Source of the DNA: the human T2T-CHM13v2.0 reference genome, Homo sapiens
Direction: 5' to 3' (one strand)
Length of the DNA stretch: 64,000 nt
Assembly (NCBI RefSeq): GCF_009914755.1
Contig: NC_060940.1
Shown here piece after piece: positions 57,272 to 64,000 of the stretch (its first letter is position 1; each line of letters starts with the position of its first letter). The position numbers were made by a program, and so were the translations under genes. The notes below the pieces were generated by a model that did no database searches, was not told the DNA's origin, and saw only the letters and a list, made by a program, of their open reading frames with translations.

Positions 57272-58697
57272 GTGAGCCCGCGTTTGGGGGTGCTCCGGGC
57301 TCAAGGCTTGGGGTCAGGTCACTTTGGGGGCCTGCAGTTTAGGGAGCCGGGCTGCCCTTATGCCACTGAGAAGAAAGCAGGAGCAGAGGGAAGGAGCACC
57401 TCATCAGTGAGCAGTTAGTCATCCGGAAATGATTTTCCCTGGGAAGGACAAGAGATACAAACCAACATGGACAGTTATGAAGAACAGGCTCAGAAGAGTT
57501 AGGATCAGTTGGGGAAGAGACCAGTACAATCTACATTCCTAAAGAAAGTTCAGGAATATCCCCTGGGAATGTGCACGGGCAGGAAAAGGAGCCTGAGCGG
57601 TGGGTTTGTGCCTGGCTTGGCCTCATCCTCGCTCACCTCTGAGTCTCCGCCTCTTCTATGGTAACGGGGATAATCTCACTCCCTGTTGCCATAAGGACAT
57701 TGCACTTACTAAACAGCCATGGGCAGTGCATTGTTCCCTGCAAAGTGCTGGTCAGCGATCATTTGACCACTGCTTCTTCCCATGCCGCTTCCAGATGAAT
57801 CTGAGGCCTCCAGGCCAGACTCGATCCCTCTATCCCACAGCACTGGGTGCTGACTCCACACATCCCCCTGGCTTACCGCTGGGTCTGGCCTCCCCATTTC
57901 TCCCCCAGGGGTACCCCACTTGCTGCCAACCATCCACCCCTGACCCCCATCTCACCTGTCCCCTCCAAGTTCTGGGCTGGCATTTTCCTTTTTCTGGCAA
58001 ACAAGTAGACAAAACCCCCATAAAAACCAAAAGCCCAACTCCATCTCACAGCCAAAGGTTTTGGGACCTTTTTCTTCCCCCCTCCCTTTCTCTCTCTCTT
58101 GCTTTCGTTTTCTTTTGTTAGGTTTATTTTATTTATTCCAAGTAAACTCCCAGAACAGCTGATGATGTCAGACAAATCAGGGACATTTGCTCTTTTTACC
58201 TCCACCTCAAAAACTGATGACAAGGGGAGAAGAAAGAGCCAGGGGGGAGAGTGAGGCAGGGGAGTAGAACCTGCCCAGGCACATGGCTGCAAATTCCCCG
58301 TGTGCTGTTTGGCTTCTGGGGTCCTGTGTAGACGCCCCAGCCCCGCCTGCCCTCTTGGGATGCAGCTGCCCTGGGATGAGCAGACAGCCCTCGGCCCGAT
58401 GGAGCACGACTTATTTATTACGGTCCACACAGGGACAGAGCGCCCCTGCTCCAGGGAGGAGGCTCACCGGACCCTGGGGCAGAGCTGAGCTTGGGACACC
58501 AGCGGGAACAGGGCACCCCTTCTGCACTGACTTCCAGATCATGGTTCTCCCTTCCTCCCTGAGGACACCAAATTGGATGAGAGCAAGTTTGAGAGAAGAA
58601 TGAATCAACTGCTATCCTTCCCCTCACCCCTCAGCCCAGGAGGGAAAGGGCATTTTCTTTTTCATCTTTGAAAGGCATTGTGGGTCTGTCTTTAAAG

Positions 58698-58767
58698 TGT
58701 TTACAAAAAAAAATTATATAAAAAAAAAGTCTAGTGTCGACTGGTGTTTTCCCTCGTGATGTTTACA
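58698..58767 (+). promoter_or_regulatory. Pair of miR-30-5p family 8-mer target sites
   Basis: TGTTTACA at 58698-58705 and 58760-58767, in an AU-rich part of the ZNRF1 3' UTR. Confidence 0.6.
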
Positions 58768-59388
58768 GCTTGCTGTTTGCTGCCCAGCCATAACCCACTC
58801 AGTGACAGACGAACACAGCTAAGGCCTCGCTGCCAGCCTTCTGACGGCGGGCGAGCACACGGTCTCTTCCCCTGCCCCAACTGGCCCTCTCCACCACCAA
58901 CTTCTCTACTTTGGGTTTGTTTGGTTTTTTCCCTCTATTTTTCTGGCTGGTTTTTTGCTCTTTTCTCCCCTTGAGACCCTAATATCTTGACTTCATTGCC
59001 AAAAAACAACCCATTGAGAACTTTCTTCCTACTGATCCCATCTCTTTTCCCTTCTTTCCTCCTGGTTCCGGTCAGTTCAGAGGATTTAACAATCACAAGT
59101 GTCCTGCAAAAATGCCTGAACATTATTCTTAGGCCCTCGTGGATTTTTTTTTTCAGAAAACTTAAACAAAAAAAGACTTACTAAGAAATATGTACAGCTA
59201 CCCCTGTTTTCAGGCACTATGTTTGAGAACATTTTAGCCATTGATGTTCACACGTGGCATCAGCCCATGCAAGATAGGTTTCTGTATTTATATATTAAAA
59301 TACAAAAAAAAACTTATAAAATGTTTAAAAAAATGTTCAAAGCTTGGGAGAAAAGCTTTCTTCATTAGTCAAGGTGTTTTGATATGGT

Positions 59389-59406
59389 ATTAAAATGTCT
59401 AATAAA
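59389..59406 (+). terminator. ZNRF1: Proximal polyadenylation signal of ZNRF1 (ATTAAA + AATAAA)
   Basis: ATTAAA 59389-59394 and AATAAA 59401-59406; upstream UGUA at 59191 and 59283; U-rich element just downstream. Confidence 0.7.
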
Positions 59407-60339
59407 AGATGGCACTGCGTGATTTTATTTTAATGAAGTGTTATACAATCAAGAAATGGGGGCAAGGGCCTGCCCCCCACTCCCTCACCTACCTCCTTAG
59501 CATTCCTTCAGGCTGCTACTCGGGGCTCCAGGTGTGTGAATTGGTCCTCAGATAGTCAGGCCTGGGTGGAGGGAGTGGCAAGTCAGGCGTGCCTCCTACA
59601 AGCTTCCTAACCTCTTAAGCATCATGGAACCAGTCAGCCCTCTGTGGAGTCATTGTGCCGGACCTCTGAAAAGATCTGCAGGGGCCAAGATGTTGCAGCC
59701 ACCGGAGGCTGCAAGGATGTGGGTTCTTCCAGGTGTGGGCCCAGCCCCCCTCCTTCCAGCCTTTGCTCCCCATCCCACGTTCCACTCGCCCTGCCTGTTG
59801 TTCAGTTTGCGTCTCAGTGCTGACTCACGGGCATGCTTCATTGAGGCCCAGGAAGAGGCCCTGGTTTGGGGCTGTGCCAGCTCAGAGCCCTTGAACCAGA
59901 ACCAACTGCTCAGGCTCACAAAAGTTGGCAAAATGCGGGCTGGGCAGGCAGCTCGGGGCAGGGAGCAGCAGTGCAGGCCTGGCCTGTGTCCCCGTGCCCA
60001 GCGGGCTCCCGGAGCAGCATTCCAGAGCCTCCTGCAGAGCCAGCGAAGGAAAGCTCTAGAGGGAGACGACTCCACCGCCTCTCTGCTCTGACCCTTCTCA
60101 GGCCCGCCTGATGTGCTGGACCATCCCCCTGCTGCCACGGCCCCTGGCTCCGCAGTCACCCTCCATCAGATGCTTCCAGAAGCACCTACTCTGTGCAAGG
60201 GCATTCACAACAGGCCAGTGGGCAAACGTGAGCCAGGGCCAGCGGAGAAACACTAAAGAAGACTCGGTGGTTCAGAGCCTGGGTCTCAGCGCGGGACCCG
60301 TCTGGGGTGAAGACCTTGGGGCTGTTGTGAGTCGGTGGC

Positions 60340-60450
60340 AGGAACGTGGGCTCTAGACTGTGCATTCAGGCTCTCCTACTTGGCAGAATGATCTTGGGGA
60401 AACGACTTCATCTGAACTTCAGATATTTCACATGTGAAGCGGGGACAAAA
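60340..60450 (+). mobile_element. MIR fragment in the ZNRF1 3' UTR
   Basis: tgatcttggggaaacgacttcatctgaacttcagatatttcacatgtgaagcgggga, a degenerate MIR core. Confidence 0.5.
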
Positions 60451-61179
60451 CCATGCAGCTCAGAGGTCCCTGTGGGGGCTGGGGGAGCTGCCCTGCAGGT
60501 CTTGGCACATGCACAGCAGGCTCCCCATAGCTTTGTCACCACAAAGGGCACTGTTCTATTCACAGCACCTCCTGCTTCTGCCTGGCAACTGTGTCTCCCT
60601 GTGCTATATTTAATTCCACCAGCAAAGCTGGCGAGGCAGGGCCCAGCCCTGAAGGAGATCTCCTTGCCTGACCCCTGGACCTGGAAATGGAGGCTTCATG
60701 TGCCCGCCTTGGCGGCTTAAGCCTGCTGCTTTGGCAGTGCCATGGGTGAGCCGAGCAGCTGTGAGGTGGGTGGGGCAGGGCTGTAGCCCACGCCGGGTGC
60801 TATTCCAGGCTCTAGGGGCTGGTGCTCATCCCCACCCCCAGCGACTTCCGTCCTACCTGGCATGCTGCAGCCCTCTGCCGGCTGTGGTGTCCTCTGAATT
60901 TGGACCCAGGTTGCCTGCTCTTGTTGTGGGGGTGGGATTGGGGCTGTCTGTGTTTCCCAGGTGGAGCTCATGTTTGTGATCCTCTATCTGGACAGCTCTC
61001 CAGAATCCTGTGTTGCCCCTGTTCTGCCTTTCTGGGATGGGAGAGAAGGTGAGGGAGCCGGCGAGCCGGTTCTACCCTCTCTGCTAAGGGCCTAGCACGC
61101 TTTGATGAGGTTCCTGGACGTGAGACCCTCACAAAGACCAACCATTCCTCTAATAGCCATTTAACGGTACTGCAGTTCA

Positions 61180-61405
61180 TGGGAAAATGTCCTCATTCTT
61201 AGGAGATAGATGCTGGATTATATAGGTGAATGCCTTCAAGAAATGTGTAATTTAATTCCAAATAGTTCCCCCCAAAATACACAAAGCAAATAAGGCCAAA
61301 ATGTTCATTGTTGAATCTGCAGTGGCTGGTATTTCAGTGAACAGTGTACTTGTTCTTTCAACTTTTCTGTATGTTTGGAATTTTTCTTAATAAAAGATTG
61401 TGGGA
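61180..61405 (+). mobile_element. Old L1 (L1MC/L1ME-type) 3' terminus
   Basis: aaagcaaataaggccaaaatgtt...ttctttcaacttttctgtatgtttggaatttttcttaataaaa matches old L1 3' ends. Confidence 0.65.
61389..61394 (+). terminator. ZNRF1: Candidate distal polyadenylation signal of ZNRF1
   Basis: AATAAA preceded by UGUA motifs (tgtacttg, tgtatgtt), within an old L1 3' end. Confidence 0.5.
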
Positions 61406-62559
61406 AATGGTCATTTGCTGAGCGCCTCCTAGTTGCCAGGCACTGGAGGGCGCATCAAAGAAGAGTCCTACCCAGGAGGGAGAGCGCAGCTGCTGCAGGA
61501 TTCTCGCCTGGAAGAGTGGGTGGCTGGCTGGCTGGCTGGAAGGGGAGGGGCGAGAGGGCTGTCTCGGTGATGAGCACACGCGTGCTGGGGTGGTTTGGGG
61601 AGAGGGCTGAGATTTGTCACCAGTGAGCCCTTGGCACGGTCTCTGCTCCCCACCAGGGCAGCACGGGACAGAAACGTCACGGAGGAGTAGCCTCCAGGCT
61701 CAGGTTGGTGTAACTGCTGTCGGCTGGAGCCCAGTATTAGCACGGAGGAGGGGTTCCAAGAACTGAAGTTGGACTGGGGCGTCTCAGCGCAGCTGCCTCT
61801 GCCTAAGGCCTAGCAGCCTGCCTGAGCACTGACAGCTGATGGGAGGAGGAGAGGGGCGGAGGCCAGGGAGGGCGTGGGGTGTGACATGCCTCTTTCCAAA
61901 AGGGACCGAAGGCTAGAGGGGCAAGGAAGATGAGACAGCACTGCAGGTTCCTGGGACCTGCAGGGGATGGAGGACTAGCTTGGCTTCCAGGCTGCCAGGA
62001 CTTACCTGACCCTAGGAGGAGGTTTGCCCAGGGCTGAGTGCCGCAGGCCCTGGGCAGAGGAGTCGTGAGCTGCAGATGCCGCGTGGTATCTGAGCTTCAT
62101 GATTTCGGGCGCCCTCCTGTGGGCTTAGGGGGGAACAACTGCCAAGGTCTCAAGACGGGCTCCGGCCCAAGACAGGGGCAGGCCCTCGGGTGGACAGACC
62201 TTGAGGGCAAAACAGCTGGTGGTACGATACATCACCCCATGAAGAGGTGGGTGCAAAAATAGTCTCATCTCTGTTTCTAGAGACGTGGCAGCTGCTGAGG
62301 AACACATTCAGTGTGTTCAGAGGCCCGGTTCAGGCCCAGTTGGGGAGCCCATCCTGAGTGACATGTGCCGTGGGCAGGTCCTCAGCTCTGAGGCGGAGTA
62401 GCTGGGACAGGGACCTGGGTTCCTTTCCGAACCCTGAGCACCAACCTCCTCCCCAGGCTATAAGAAGTCAGAGGACAGCCCCAAAACAAAGGGGTCACTG
62501 ACCAAAGGACAGAGACCCTGGAGGGGGAGGGGAGGAAGTGCTGCCTGCTGACTTCCAGG

Positions 62560-63052
62560 TAGCTGTAGGTGGGTTTCAGGTTTATTACAGATTTATTGGG
62601 GGAGGCCCCAAGGAGAAGACCTATCATGTCACGGGAGCTCACGTTCCATACCAGGAAAGGAGTGTTCCTGTCACCAGGTGAAGGGGGAAGGGTCCTGGGA
62701 CCCCGGCAGTGGGAGGCCTCGGGGAGGGGTGTCATCAGAGTCTTGAATGGACCCAGACGCTCTCTTCCCGCCAGGACAGGATGCGTAGGAGCAGAGAGGA
62801 AGCAGCTTTGCTGGGAACCACCCTGGGTCGTTTACTGAACCAAAGGCTCCTGGGGCCAGCCAGAGGGCCAGGGAGGTAACACGGTGCTCAGGCTTCTCTC
62901 TGGGCCCTCTGGCCTTGGGCCCAGATACAGTGGGCTCGCTGGCAGGAAGACTGCCTCAGCATCTATTTCCTTGCAGGGGCCGTGGCATGAAGAAAAGTTC
63001 CAGAACCGGCTCCGTAGTCAGGGAACTTGTGGGCTAAGTGCTCAGACCCCCT
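62560..63052 (-). other. LDHD: LDHD 3' UTR (3' end approximate)
   Basis: Lies between the stop codon and the tandem minus-strand AATAAA signals. Confidence 0.8.
62581..62597 (-). terminator. LDHD: LDHD polyadenylation signals (two AATAAA)
   Basis: TTTATT at 62581-62586 and 62592-62597 on the + strand. Confidence 0.85.
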
Positions 63053-63241
<189 letters not shown>

Positions 63242-63298
63242 TCAGGGGGCTCCCTTTCCTCTGCCCTCAGCTCTTCCCCTCCCTGGCTTTGCTCCTAC

Positions 63299-63410
63299 CT
63301 GCCCAGCTGTTCTGCAAAAGCCTTGACCCTGCCCAGTTCCTCGGCGTCATCAGGGTTGACCAGCAGGATGCAGTGGAAGTTGCCGTCACCCACATGCCCG
63401 ACAATGCTTC
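63299..63410 (-). CDS. LDHD: LDHD penultimate exon (GHVGDGNFH motif)
   Basis: (G)[36 protein letters not shown](R), a motif of the FAD-linked oxidase C-terminal domain; ag/gt boundaries; 112 nt. Confidence 0.96.
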
Positions 63411-63530
63411 CTGGGGGCCCAGAGGACAGAACTATTCTCCAGCCCAGTCCTCCTCTTGCCTCCTGCTGCCCCAGGCTCTGATCAGCCCTGACACCTCCCC
63501 ACCTCTCCCGAGCAGCAGGGTGGGCAGAAC

Positions 63531-63621
63531 CTGTGAGTCCTGAGGCATTCAGATCCTCCTTGGTCTGCACCACGATCTCCGGCAGCCGGGAGATGGGCAC
63601 ACACACATCCGTGGAGTAGCC
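63531..63621 (-). CDS. LDHD: LDHD (D-lactate dehydrogenase) third-to-last exon
   Basis: Minus strand: tctgaccag|GGC TAC..., [30 protein letters not shown](G), then |gttctg; 91 nt. Confidence 0.95.
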
Positions 63622-64000
63622 CTGGTCAGAGGGAAGCCTATGAGTTACCCCTGCCTGATTGGGTGTACGGGGTCACCGTGGTCAAGGCTGAGGATGGGTC
63701 GGAGGGCACTGGGCTTCAGCTCTTGGCCTCACACAAGGAAATAATCCTGCTCTTCTCTAGGCCTCAGCCCTCACCTCCCCCCGACACAACACAGGAGACC
63801 AATGGCCCAGGTGTGCTTGCCACACCTCCCCTGTGGCTCCCACCCCCAAGCCCCAGGCTGCTGAGCCTTTGCATAGCTGCCTGGAGCCCAGACTTCCCTT
63901 CCCCAGGTTAGGCTAACATCCCCCTCTCTATCATCTCTTCCTCCAGGAAGCCTTCCTTCCATGTACAGCTCCCAAGAGCACCGCACCGTTCCCATGACCT

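Larger units (their letters stand above)
58433..61415 (+). other. ZNRF1: ZNRF1 terminal exon / long 3' UTR (3' end approximate)
   Basis: Acceptor ttatttattacggtccacacag|GGACAG; AU-rich UTR-like blocks at 58650-59430; AATAAA at 59401 and 61389. Confidence 0.7.

Noticed and set aside
59818-59828. TGCTGACTCAC MARE/ARE-like motif and scattered AP-1 heptamers
   Set aside because: Isolated short motifs are expected by chance in 64 kb.
55408-60720. Long ORFs in the GC-rich 3' region (55408-56004, 56060-56635, 57600-58121, 57873-58430, 59624-60159, 60346-60720)
   Set aside because: Overlapping on both strands, Pro/Gly/Arg/Cys-rich and domain-free, as expected from low stop-codon density.

Overview
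Human-type (Alu-rich primate) genomic DNA. The exons identify it as the ZNRF1/LDHD locus (chromosome 16q23, from established knowledge). The first ~44 kb is the 3' part of the large first intron of ZNRF1 (+ strand), densely filled with Alu, old L1/L2, MIR, MaLR/ERVL LTRs and DNA-transposon relics. Then come ZNRF1 coding exons at 44272-44367 (C2HC zinc finger), 55484-55589 and 57182-57239 (atypical RING, stop codon), an intron inside the 3' UTR, and a long last exon with proximal (59401) and distal (61389) AATAAA signals. The last three exons and 3' UTR of LDHD (D-lactate dehydrogenase, - strand) converge on it. I found no prokaryote-like or wholly new system, and almost all ORF-track entries are Alu or chance ORFs. 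The best leads are RNA-processing features. (1) An in-frame 153-nt cassette exon sits between the ZNRF1 zinc finger and RING. (2) A second in-frame candidate exon lies directly behind a (UG)20 tract, as TDP-43-repressed cryptic exons do. (3) A stop-free, in-frame 120-nt LDHD intron has a weak donor. (4) The ZNRF1 3' UTR has paired miR-30 8-mer sites, a face-to-face bidirectional poly(A) signal and an L1-donated distal poly(A) signal. Repeat boundaries and subfamily names were judged by eye and are approximate.
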